Assembly: GCA_963735595.1 (NCBI GenBank)
Contig: CAVTLK010000002.1
Coordinates: 544,001 to 608,000 of the forward strand
Origin: an uncultured delta proteobacterium
Lineage (GTDB): Bacteria > Desulfobacterota > Zymogenia > Zymogenales > Zymogenaceae
Direction of reading: 5' to 3'
Length of the DNA: 64,000 nucleotides
Shown here in pieces: positions 20,179-28,986 of the stretch (position 1 is its first letter; the number at the start of each line of letters is the position of its first letter). Below the pieces are notes generated by a model. It ran no database searches. It worked only from the letters and a program-made list of their open reading frames with translations, and was not told the origin of the DNA. Both the position numbers and the translations under genes were made by a program.

Positions 20179-21108
20179 CTATTGCTCGATACGGGTGGCC
20201 CCCGTCCAATGGACGTCGGGCACTCCCTCTTTTTGGGCGATGTCGGCAAGCCGCTCCATCTGCTCTTCGGTCACGAGCGGCGTCTTTTCCAGCTGGAATA
20301 TCCTGTCCATCCGCTTATACTTGCTGCCGCACAGGTTGTTGAACGCCAGAAGCTCGTAGCGGACTACCGCCGGCATTTTTTGCGCGATAAACCGGGAGAC
20401 GGCGCGGATATTGTCGTCGTCGTCGGTGTATCCGGGAATGACGGCGTGCGCACCCATATCGGGATGCTGCCCTTCCCGAAGGCCTCGGCATTGGCCAGGA
20501 TGTTCTTTGTCCCCAGGCCGGCGGCCTGCCGGTGACGCTCGTCGTCCATCAGTCTTGAGGTCAAACAGGATGAGGTCGGTGTGGGGCAGGATGTCTCGTA
20601 GGCCTTCGGGGCGAACGCGCCGCATGTGTCTATCGCGGTGGCAATGCCGGCGCCCTTGCAGAGCCTGAGCAATTGGGCGGCCGCCTCGGGCTGCATGGCG
20701 GCGTCTCCCCCCCCAAGGGTCACCCCGCCCCCGGAATTCCGATAGAAGGCCTCGTCCTTTTTCACCTCGTCAAAGAGCTGTTCGGGCGTATAGGTCTTCC
20801 CGATGACCTCGAGCGCCGCCGCGGGACACGCCGTCTCGCATTTACCGCAGGCGGTGCAGAGTTTCCGGTCGATCTTCATGCCGTCAGGCGTCAGGGTTGA
20901 GCGCGTTCTCGGGACAGGCGGCGAGACAGTCGCGCGCCCCGATGCACCGGACATCGTACCACATCAGCTCCGGCTTCGGCGATATGCCCTCCGGGTTATG
21001 GCACCAGATGCAGGAGAGGGGACAGCCTTTGAAGAATACCGTCGTCCTGATCCCCGGGCCGTCCTCCGTGGAAAACCGCTGAATGTTGAAAACTATCGCG
21101 TCCGTCAC
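20179..21108 (-). CDS. glycyl-radical enzyme activating enzyme with ferredoxin insert (frameshifts)
   Basis: FNIQRFSTEDGPGIRTTVFFKGCPLSCIWCHNPE, CIGARDCLAACP, CTACGKCETACP, SGGGVTLGGG, AIDTCG and LFDLK. Confidence 0.92.
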
Positions 21109-21114
21109 GAAACG

Positions 21115-23517
21115 TTACAGCTCCTTTGCCACCCGTGCGATGATTTCGTCCTGGATTTCCCGCCCGATGGAGACAAAGTAGGCGTTGTAACCGGTAACGC
21201 GCACGATCAGGTTCTTATAGTCGTCGGGGTTGTCCTGCGCCCTCTTGAGGGTTTCGGAATCGATCACGTTGATCTGCAGCGCCGTCCCGCCCTTTTCGTT
21301 GTAGGTCCTCAAGAACGACATCAGCTTTTCCAGCCGCTCCTTATCCTTGACAAGGGACGGAGAGAAGCTGATGGTGTGGGAGTCGCCGTTGGGGATCGTC
21401 TCCAGGCCGAGCTTGCCGACGCTCATGGTGACGGCCGTCGGTCCGCGCGAGTCGGCCCCGTTGACCGGGCAGACGCCGTTGGAGAGAAAAGACCCGCGCT
21501 TGCGGCCGTCCGGCGTTGCCGCCGTCGAGGGGGCGTACGCTATCCAGTAGTTCCAGGAAAGGTAGCCCGCCCGGTACTTGCGGCCGGTGACGGGCGACGT
21601 ATAGTGCGTGGTCTCGGTGCTCCAGTACTGGGAGATTTCCTTGGCGATGGAGTCGGCATAGTCGTCGTCGTTGCCGTATTTCGGGGCCTTGTTGATGAGG
21701 GTCTGGCGCAGCTTCTCGTGGCCCTCGAAGTTATCTCCGATTGCCGTTAACAGCTCGTCCATGCTGATACGTTTGTCCTCAAAGACGAGCTTCTTAACGG
21801 CTATCAGCGAGTCGGCCGCGGTGGCAAGGGCGATCCCCTCCACGGTGACGTAGTTATGCTCGGCACCGCCGTTATTGACGTCTTTCCCCTTTTTCTCGCA
21901 CCCGTCCACCAGGGTCGAGAGGTAGACGGTGGGCTGGTATGTCGCCCGCCACTGGTCGGAGATGTTGTATATCTCGATGAGCTCTTTCATGAGCGCGGAT
22001 AGCTGCTTTTTGAAGGCCGCCATGAACTGGCCGAAGTTTTTGAATTTCCTCGGGTCGCCCGTCCGCGGACCGGCGCGACGGCCGGTCTTCATGTCTTTGC
22101 CGTTGTTGAGGGTGAGCTCCACGGCTTTGGCGATGTTCATGTTCACGTCCACGGTGCCGGAGCGGTCGTTACCCTGGAGCGTATTTTCGAGGCACCCCAC
22201 GGGGGCGTAGTCCCAGAGCTTGTCCTCGGGCAGGCCGATCCACTTGAGAGAGCGCATGGAGTTTTCGTCAAAATTGATGAGGAACGGCGAACCCTGCGTC
22301 TCGATGATCAGCTCGGCGATCCGGCGAAGGAGCTTATCCGGCGTCTTGGCATGGATGCGGACGTTGGGCTTGGGCTCCAGCATGTTCATCTCTTCGATGA
22401 TGTCCAGCATCAGCCAGGTCAGGTCGTTGGAGGCGTCCTCACCCTTTTCGTTGATCCCCCCCAGCGTGATGAGCTGTCCGAATCCCGCCGTGATACCCTG
22501 GTTTTCGCCGATGCGGCCCTGGAAATCGTAGGCGTAGTTGTTCTTGATCCAGTAGCAGTCCAGGAGCTCCTTGGCCCATTCGCGGGTGATCTTCCCGGAC
22601 TCGATGTCATTCCGGTAGAAGGGATAGAGGTACTGGTCGATGCGGCCGGGTGAAAGCCCGGGGCCGGGGTAGGATTCGTCGGTCATGACCAGCATATGGG
22701 TCATCCAGAGAGACTGCAGGGCCTCGTGAAACGACCCCGCGGGCTCCCAGGGGACCTTCCGGGCGATCCGGGCGATATCGAGGAGCTCTTCCCTGCGCGT
22801 TCTGTCGGTCGTTTTGGCGGCCTGCTTTTCAGCGGCTTCAGCGTACCTGTCCGAGAGGACCTTCGGCACCTCGGCGGCGATGATCATCGCCTCGAGGTAA
22901 TCGATCTTGGCGCGGTCGCGCGTCCCGGCGATTTCGGCCTTGTAGGACTCGGTCAATCCCTTGAATCCCTGTTGGAGGACCTTCTTATAATTCGGGATCA
23001 GGTGGCCCGGCGTAACGCCGGAGTTGCCGAGGCCCAGCTCGTTGGCCCGTTTGGCGCGTTTCCACCAGGCGTCGTGGAGCTTCTTGGCCTTCTTGGCCTC
23101 GGCCTTCGAATGGGAGCGGGTAAGGGCGGTGTTGAACTGGCCGCCGACGATCAGCTCTCCATCGAGGATCTGGACCGGGAGGTATTTTTCCACGACGATC
23201 TTGAGGAAGGTCGCCCGCCGCTTTTCCAGGGACATGGCAAAAAAACCTTCCGGCACCTCGACCTTCTGGGCGCACGCCAGGAGGCTGTCGGCAAAGCAGG
23301 GCATGAAGGGATATACGTCCGGGACGACCGCGAAATGATGATACGGGAAGACGTCATCCCACTCGGTTCCGGTGGTAAAAGGCATGACCTCGTTCTGGAA
23401 GTAGGGCCTGCCGTAGAAATTGAAGTATTCGTCCCTGAGCCTCTTGACACGGGGCGATAGTTTTTCTGATGCCGACCATATCTGGTCCTTGGTGACGGCG
23501 CACGATGCGTGTGCCAT
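21115..23517 (-). CDS. glycyl-radical enzyme (PFL-like/eliminase clade), substrate unknown
   Basis: ELIVG, GRIDQYLYP, Cys loop VGCLE, PKYGNDD, ATPDGR and Gly loop RVTGYN; 800 aa; GAGGAGG RBS. Confidence 0.93.
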   Translation of the reverse strand: MAHASCAVTKDQIWSASEKLSPRVKRLRDEYFNFYGRPYFQNEVMPFTTGTEWDDVFPYHHFAVVPDVYPFMPCFADSLLACAQKVEVPEGFFAMSLEKRRATFLKIVVEKYLPVQILDGELIVGGQFNTALTRSHSKAEAKKAKKLHDAWWKRAKRANELGLGNSGVTPGHLIPNYKKVLQQGFKGLTESYKAEIAGTRDRAKIDYLEAMIIAAEVPKVLSDRYAEAAEKQAAKTTDRTRREELLDIARIARKVPWEPAGSFHEALQSLWMTHMLVMTDESYPGPGLSPGRIDQYLYPFYRNDIESGKITREWAKELLDCYWIKNNYAYDFQGRIGENQGITAGFGQLITLGGINEKGEDASNDLTWLMLDIIEEMNMLEPKPNVRIHAKTPDKLLRRIAELIIETQGSPFLINFDENSMRSLKWIGLPEDKLWDYAPVGCLENTLQGNDRSGTVDVNMNIAKAVELTLNNGKDMKTGRRAGPRTGDPRKFKNFGQFMAAFKKQLSALMKELIEIYNISDQWRATYQPTVYLSTLVDGCEKKGKDVNNGGAEHNYVTVEGIALATAADSLIAVKKLVFEDKRISMDELLTAIGDNFEGHEKLRQTLINKAPKYGNDDDYADSIAKEISQYWSTETTHYTSPVTGRKYRAGYLSWNYWIAYAPSTAATPDGRKRGSFLSNGVCPVNGADSRGPTAVTMSVGKLGLETIPNGDSHTISFSPSLVKDKERLEKLMSFLRTYNEKGGTALQINVIDSETLKRAQDNPDDYKNLIVRVTGYNAYFVSIGREIQDEIIARVAKEL

Positions 23518-23575
23518 GACTCCCTCCTCTTTGTGGGGTCCGCGCGATTAAATCATTACGAATGCAATATAGTTA

Positions 23576-23604
23576 ATTCTACCCCGGAATGCGGCATTAC
23601 GCAA
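23576..23604 (-). promoter_or_regulatory. sigma70 promoter of the GRE operon
   Basis: Minus strand reads TTGCGT-N17-TAGAAT, ~58 nt upstream of ATG 23517. Confidence 0.55.
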
Positions 23605-23811
23605 CGGTATTCACGCGCTATTTCTCTTTTTCAGCAGACCAGCCTATGATAGAATATCCGTGAAAAACTTTCAACAGAAAAAGGTGGGTAACGCTCACAA
23701 TAATAAGAAGGCCGCTTGAATGTGCCGGCCGGTGAGGCCGCCTGGAAATGGCCCCACGGTCTTCTTTTCGAATAGCGGCCCGCCCCCGAAAGGGAATGAA
23801 AGGCTCTACCA

Positions 23812-24456
23812 ATGATCGCAGCGATCTTCTCCGGGGGGTCCTACCGGGACCTCGAATTCTACCGCGGCCTGATTAAGGACGCCGGAATCATCGTCGCGGC
23901 GGACAGCGGGGGCGAGGCGCTGTTAAAGCTCGGTGTGGTTCCCGATATCCTCGTGGGGGACATGGATTCTATCGGGGCCGACGTCTTTGTCGAGATCGCC
24001 GGGCGGGGCGCCCAGGTTATCGAGGTGCCGCCGGAAAAGGACTTCACGGATACAGAGCTTGCCGTCAGGACCGCACTGGATCGGGGCGCGGAAGAGATCG
24101 TGATATGCGGGGCCCTCGGCGGCCGCCTCGATCACACGCTGGCAAATATCTCGCTGCTGGTGCTTGCCCAGGAAAGGGGCGTTACTGCCCGGATCGTTAC
24201 CGAGGACCAGGAGGCCTGGCTTTTGACCGCCGACGTGGTGAACCCGATACCCGGCGCACTCGGCGACACGGTGTCGCTCATCGCGCTTTCCGACCCCACG
24301 ACCGGGGTCACCACGCACGACCTAAAATTCCCTTTGCGCGAGGCGAGCCTCACGCTGCTTTCCCCGCTCGGGGTGAGCAACGAAATCTCGGGGTCGAACC
24401 CCTGGGTGGAGTTCTGGGAGGGACGGCTGCTGCTGGTAGCGGTGAGGAACCCGTAG
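23812..24456 (+). CDS. thiN: thiamine diphosphokinase
   Basis: AADSG, GDMDS, EKDFTD, GGRLDH and GVSNE motifs. Confidence 0.92.
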   Translation: MIAAIFSGGSYRDLEFYRGLIKDAGIIVAADSGGEALLKLGVVPDILVGDMDSIGADVFVEIAGRGAQVIEVPPEKDFTDTELAVRTALDRGAEEIVICGALGGRLDHTLANISLLVLAQERGVTARIVTEDQEAWLLTADVVNPIPGALGDTVSLIALSDPTTGVTTHDLKFPLREASLTLLSPLGVSNEISGSNPWVEFWEGRLLLVAVRNP

Positions 24457-24527
24457 GCCCGCCCCTGGGGGGGGATGTCGCGCACAATACCGTGCACGTC
24501 ACCCCGGCCATTCAGGTACGCGCCTTC

Positions 24528-25415
24528 CTACTGCATCTTCTTTTCGATCGCCTCGCGTATCTTCGGCAGGGCGGCCCGCGCGGCCCTCTCTCCCTCGAAA
24601 ATCAGGAAGGTCTTCTTATCGAAATCGATCATGCCCACGCTCGATACATTGGGGCGGACGACCACGTCGGCGTCCTTCAGCTGGTACTTTGAGATCTCGT
24701 TTCCCATGATATTGAACGTCTGCATCATCACGTCGATGACGTTCTTGATGTCGGCGTTATATGAGGGGGCGGAGACGTCCACCGCAATGACGATATCGGC
24801 CCCGAGTTTGCGGGCCACGTCAACCGGTACGTTATCCACTACGCCGCCGTCCACCAGGATCTTCTTCCCGATAACCAGCGGCTTGAAGATCCCCGGTATC
24901 GAGATAGACGCCCGAACCGCCGTGGAAATAGGCCCCTTCGTGAAAATGACCTTCTCTCCGGTAACGAGGTCCGTGGCAACGGCGGCAAAGGGGATCTTGA
25001 GGTCCTCGATATTCCTGACGGGAATCCGGCTGTTTAGGAAGGTGACGATGCTCTCCCCCTTGACCACCCCCACCAGGATATTGGGGAGTGAGAAATCAAA
25101 AACAGTATCTTCCGTCAGACCCCAGGCAGCCTTTTCGAGCTTTGCGGCGTCTGCATAGTAGGCGTACATCGCCCCGGTAAGGCTTCCCGCGCTCGTGCCG
25201 ACGATTATATCTACGGGGACGTGGTTTGCCTCCAGGACCTTGATGACCCCAATGTGGGCAAAACCGCGGGACGCACCGCCGGACAGCACCAGCCCGATCT
25301 TGGGTCTCGGCTTTTGAACCGGGGGCGGGATATTCGGGGCCGGGCAGCCGGCAAGAAACAGAAAGAGAACAAGCACTGTGGCCGCCGATACGCGCAGCAA
25401 GAGACTTTTCATCAT
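24528..25415 (-). CDS. patatin-like phospholipase, lipoprotein
   Basis: Lipobox LAGC; LSGGASRG, GTSAG (GxSxG) and DGG motifs. Confidence 0.9.
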   Translation of the reverse strand: MMKSLLLRVSAATVLVLFLFLAGCPAPNIPPPVQKPRPKIGLVLSGGASRGFAHIGVIKVLEANHVPVDIIVGTSAGSLTGAMYAYYADAAKLEKAAWGLTEDTVFDFSLPNILVGVVKGESIVTFLNSRIPVRNIEDLKIPFAAVATDLVTGEKVIFTKGPISTAVRASISIPGIFKPLVIGKKILVDGGVVDNVPVDVARKLGADIVIAVDVSAPSYNADIKNVIDVMMQTFNIMGNEISKYQLKDADVVVRPNVSSVGMIDFDKKTFLIFEGERAARAALPKIREAIEKKMQ

Positions 25416-25518
25416 GCTCCTCCCTGGCGCTCACTATAGCACAAATCGGCGGTAAAGGTAAGGCCCGGCCGTCAAAAAATCGCTTGCGCATGCGGCCGGT
25501 TTCCTTTATTCTCAGGAT

Positions 25519-26436
25519 ATGGACGATTCAGCTATGGGGCCGCCGTCCTATCTGGGGCTTCTTAAGTCGGGGGAGCTCGAGCGGCGGGCCGAAGCCCTCA
25601 CTGCGCTCCTCTCGCACTGCCGCCTGTGCCCCCGCGGGTGCGGGGTAAACCGGAAAAAGGACGAGCGGGGTGTTTGCCGGGCCGGGTATCTCCCCGCAGT
25701 CGCCTCCGTGTTTCCTCATTTCGGAGAAGAGCCTGAGCTGGTCGGGAGCGGCGGCTCCGGGACGATCTTCATGACCCACTGCAACCTGCGCTGTGTGTTC
25801 TGCCAGAACGAGGAGATAAGCCACGGCGGAGAGGGCCGCGAGGTGCCGATCGAGGACCTTGCCGCATACATGATCGCCCTCCAGGATAAGGGGTGCCACA
25901 ACATCAACGTCGTCACCCCCACCCATTACGTGCCCCAGATAGTATCCGCGCTTGTCCTGGCGGCGCGGAACGGTCTTCGGCTCCCGCTGGTCTATAATAC
26001 CGGTGGGTACGATTCCGTAGAGGTAATCCGCATGCTTACAGGCGTCGTCGATATCTACATGCCCGACTACAAGTTCGCCGACGAAACGCCCTCGCGTACG
26101 TACCTCTCCGCGCCGGACTACCCGGAGGTGATCACGGAGGTGCTCTTGGAGATGCACCGCCAGGTGGGCGTGCTCCGGACCGACGGGAACGGAACCGCCC
26201 GAAGGGGCCTCTTGATCCGCCACCTCGTGATGCCCGAGGGGCTTTCCGGCACGGACCGGGTCGCGTCGTTTATCGCCGGGAGGCTTTCGCCCGATTCCTA
26301 CGTGAATATCATGGACCAGTACCACCCCCGGCACCGGGCCTCCCGGTTTGCCGAGATCTCCCGCGGGATCACCCGCGCCGAATACCGCGCCGCGGTCGAC
26401 GCCGCGCGGGCGGCCGGCCTCTCCCGGGGATTTTAA
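25519..26436 (+). CDS. radical SAM protein, PflX-like
   Basis: CRLCPRGC.V.R, HFGEE, GSGTIF..CNLRCVFCQN, NINVVTPTH, YMPDYK and RHLVMP motifs. Confidence 0.88.
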   Translation: MDDSAMGPPSYLGLLKSGELERRAEALTALLSHCRLCPRGCGVNRKKDERGVCRAGYLPAVASVFPHFGEEPELVGSGGSGTIFMTHCNLRCVFCQNEEISHGGEGREVPIEDLAAYMIALQDKGCHNINVVTPTHYVPQIVSALVLAARNGLRLPLVYNTGGYDSVEVIRMLTGVVDIYMPDYKFADETPSRTYLSAPDYPEVITEVLLEMHRQVGVLRTDGNGTARRGLLIRHLVMPEGLSGTDRVASFIAGRLSPDSYVNIMDQYHPRHRASRFAEISRGITRAEYRAAVDAARAAGLSRGF

Positions 26437-26438
26437 CG

Positions 26439-27239
26439 GTGCCGGCCGTATCCGTAGATCCCCGGATCGTGGGGGCGCTCAAACGGCGGGGGCTTTCGAT
26501 CCACCGCTGTTGCCCGACAAGGGACCTCATGTTCGGGCAGCTGCCGGAGGGGCACGAGCGGTCCTTCTACGAGGCGATGCGGCGCTATTCCGTCAGGCTG
26601 GTACTGCGGGCGATGATCGCCCGCCAGGACGGCTTTGCCCCGGCCGACCTCGGGAGCTTCTCGGGGGAGGCCGAGCGTGTGCGGACGATCGAGCGCATGG
26701 CCGACATCGGGATCGTCGAGGATGCCGGCGGCTCGTTTCGGCTTGCCAAACGGCCGGTCACGAGCTTCGGCCCCACCCTGGAGTGGTTCGTGGCGCAGAT
26801 GATGATAGACCGGTTCGGCTCGCCCTCGATCTGGGGTATCACCATCCGGGGGATCGAATCGGGGGGAGATTTCGACGTCATCTCGCTGTTCGAGGATGAG
26901 CTGATCTATATCGAGGTCAAGTCGGCGCCTCCCAAGGGCATCGAAACCGGGGAGGCGCGGGCGTTCCTCGGCCGGGTCAATACGCTGCTGCCCCGGGCGG
27001 CCTTCTTTTTCGTGGACACGGAGCTGCGCATGCGGGATCGGGTGGCGCTGCTGTTTCACCAGGACTTTCTCGAACGGATGAAGGACCCGTACCCGCGGCG
27101 GCCGGACCTCCAGAACCTGACGGGGGAGATATTTCATATCGACCACCGGATATTTATCCTCAACGCCTACCGGGACGCGGCGGCCAACTTCACGCTGTGT
27201 TTCAGGGATTTTCTGGCGCGGGGGCTTTCGGTGATGTAA
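26439..27239 (+). CDS. hypothetical protein with a PD-(D/E)xK nuclease-like C-terminal domain
   Basis: LEWFV...GGDFDV...YIEVK pattern, preceded by a possible winged-helix region. Tightly coupled to its neighbours. Confidence 0.6.
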   Translation: MPAVSVDPRIVGALKRRGLSIHRCCPTRDLMFGQLPEGHERSFYEAMRRYSVRLVLRAMIARQDGFAPADLGSFSGEAERVRTIERMADIGIVEDAGGSFRLAKRPVTSFGPTLEWFVAQMMIDRFGSPSIWGITIRGIESGGDFDVISLFEDELIYIEVKSAPPKGIETGEARAFLGRVNTLLPRAAFFFVDTELRMRDRVALLFHQDFLERMKDPYPRRPDLQNLTGEIFHIDHRIFILNAYRDAAANFTLCFRDFLARGLSVM

Positions 27240-27251
27240 GGGAGATACCTT

Positions 27252-28031
27252 GTGATCGGGACAATCGTAAACACTGTTGCCATCGTTATCGGCTCGCTGG
27301 TCGGCCTCTTTTTCGCGCGGTTCTTTACCGAGCGTTTTCGGACGGTCATCATGCAGGGCCTGGCGCTTTCCATCATCCTCATCGGCATGTCGATGGCCGT
27401 CAAGACCACCAATATCCTCATCGTCATCGGGAGCATGGTGCTCGGCGGGGCGACGGGCGAGCTTTTCAGGATCGAGGAGCGTCTCGAATCGCTCGGGGAA
27501 CGGCTCAAAAGGCGGTTTCGGTCGGATTCGGCCACGTTCGTCACCGGATTCGTGACGGCAAGCCTCGTCTACTGCGTCGGCGCGATGGCGGTAGTGGGAA
27601 GCCTCGATGAGGGGATCCGGCACGACCCGCATATCCTGCTGGCAAAATCGCTGCTCGATGGGGTGGCGTCCGTCGCCTTTGCCTCGACCCTCGGGGTGGG
27701 GGTTATATTTTCGGCGGTCTCGGTATTCCTCTATCAGGGGGCGCTGACGGTCCTCGCGATGCTCTTCGGCGCGCTCCTCTCCGAGACGATGATCGCGGAG
27801 CTGACGGCATCGGGCGGGCTCCTGATACTCGGGATAGGCCTCAATATCATGTTTGCCAACGCGGGCGGCCCGCGGCCGCCCGGCGCGCCGTTTCCCGTGA
27901 CCGGCGAAAACGGCGAGCGGATGCTCGGTCTTGCGCGGCCGCCGGCCGTCTCGATCAAGATCGGTAACCTCCTGCCGGCGCTGGCCTGGGCGGTTCTCAT
28001 CGTGTGGGTGATCGAGAAAATAGCGAAATAA
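27252..28031 (+). CDS. DUF554 family membrane protein
   Basis: GTIVN, GFVTASLVYCVGAMAVVGS, LAKS.LDG, YQG and NLLPAL motifs. Confidence 0.88.
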   Translation: MIGTIVNTVAIVIGSLVGLFFARFFTERFRTVIMQGLALSIILIGMSMAVKTTNILIVIGSMVLGGATGELFRIEERLESLGERLKRRFRSDSATFVTGFVTASLVYCVGAMAVVGSLDEGIRHDPHILLAKSLLDGVASVAFASTLGVGVIFSAVSVFLYQGALTVLAMLFGALLSETMIAELTASGGLLILGIGLNIMFANAGGPRPPGAPFPVTGENGERMLGLARPPAVSIKIGNLLPALAWAVLIVWVIEKIAK

Positions 28032-28086
28032 CGTGAGGGATGTCATGGTTTTATGAATGATTGGACGATAGATAACAAATCAAGGC

Positions 28087-28115
28087 TTTACAGAAGGGGA
28101 ATCGTATAGTATTAT
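28087..28115 (+). promoter_or_regulatory. sigma70 promoter of the repeat-domain operon
   Basis: TTTACA-N17-TATTAT, which predicts a ~205-nt leader before ATG 28327. Confidence 0.55.
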
Positions 28116-28326
28116 CTATACTAATCCAGTCCGTGAGCACGGAAATCCTGACGGTCATGAGGGCGGGAGCAACCCGGCACGGCCCGATTGAGCGGTGTCG
28201 GTGAAATGTAGGGCCGTCCCTGTATCCGGGTCTTACGATAGCCCGTTCGTGTCGCGTTCTTTATGTTTTCGTGTACATCCCCGTGATGACGGGTAAGTGG
28301 AAATTTTGTCTTGTAAGGAGGTAATT

Positions 28327-28986
28327 ATGAAAGGATTCAGGGTAGCGCTGCTGGCATTTCTGGTGTTACCGATCGTATGTCTGGCGGCAGCCAACGCCTT
28401 TGCGGCAACCGAAAGCGGGTACCTGTACGGGCCGGGGGCCTCTTACACCTTTACCGTGAACGCCGGAAGCGTTAATTACGTCGAAGTAGACTTCAGCTGG
28501 CCGAAGGGCGCGGCGGACTTCTGGGTCAAGGTCGTCGGCCAGGACGGGAGAACGGTCCTGGGCAACTTTGACCTGGACAACGGCGAGATTATCCAGCTTT
28601 CCGGTGGCGGTACGTTCTACCTGACCGTTTACTCGAACCGCGGCGGCGGAAACTGGTCGGCCTCCTACGCGCTTTCGGGCGGCGGCGGATCGGGCCCGTC
28701 AGGTTCATGTAACATATACGCCAACTCGGCAAACGGGCGTCTCGTGGGTCCCGGGGATTCGTGCAGCTGGTCGATCTACGCGCGCAGCAACTACCTTGAG
28801 GTCCCCTTCACGTATCCGAAGGGCTCGGTCGATTTCTGGGTCGAGGTAATAGGGCAGGACGGCCGTACGGTTCTCGGCAACTTTGACCTGGACAACGGCG
28901 AGATCATCCAGCTTTCCGGCGGCGGCACCTTCTATTTGACCGTCTACTCCAACCGGGGCGCCGGCAATTGGACGTGTTCATGGTAG
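28327..28986 (+). CDS. secreted protein with two PPC-like repeat domains
   Basis: AAGGAGG RBS; Sec signal ending ANAFA; two copies of SGYL.GPG.SY...DFWV.V.GQDG.TVLG.FDLDNGEIIQLSGGGTFYLTVYS..G.GNW. Confidence 0.88.
   Translation: MKGFRVALLAFLVLPIVCLAAANAFAATESGYLYGPGASYTFTVNAGSVNYVEVDFSWPKGAADFWVKVVGQDGRTVLGNFDLDNGEIIQLSGGGTFYLTVYSNRGGGNWSASYALSGGGGSGPSGSCNIYANSANGRLVGPGDSCSWSIYARSNYLEVPFTYPKGSVDFWVEVIGQDGRTVLGNFDLDNGEIIQLSGGGTFYLTVYSNRGAGNWTCSW

Noticed and set aside
21115..23517. GRE as pyruvate formate-lyase, anaerobic ribonucleotide reductase or benzylsuccinate synthase
   Set aside because: It has no Cys-Cys pair, no ATP-cone or zinc site, and no small accessory subunits or BSS-type Cys loop.
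28123..28145. PyrR binding loop-like AGTCCGTGAG
   Set aside because: It does not fit ARTCCNGNGAGGYT, and no pyrimidine genes follow.
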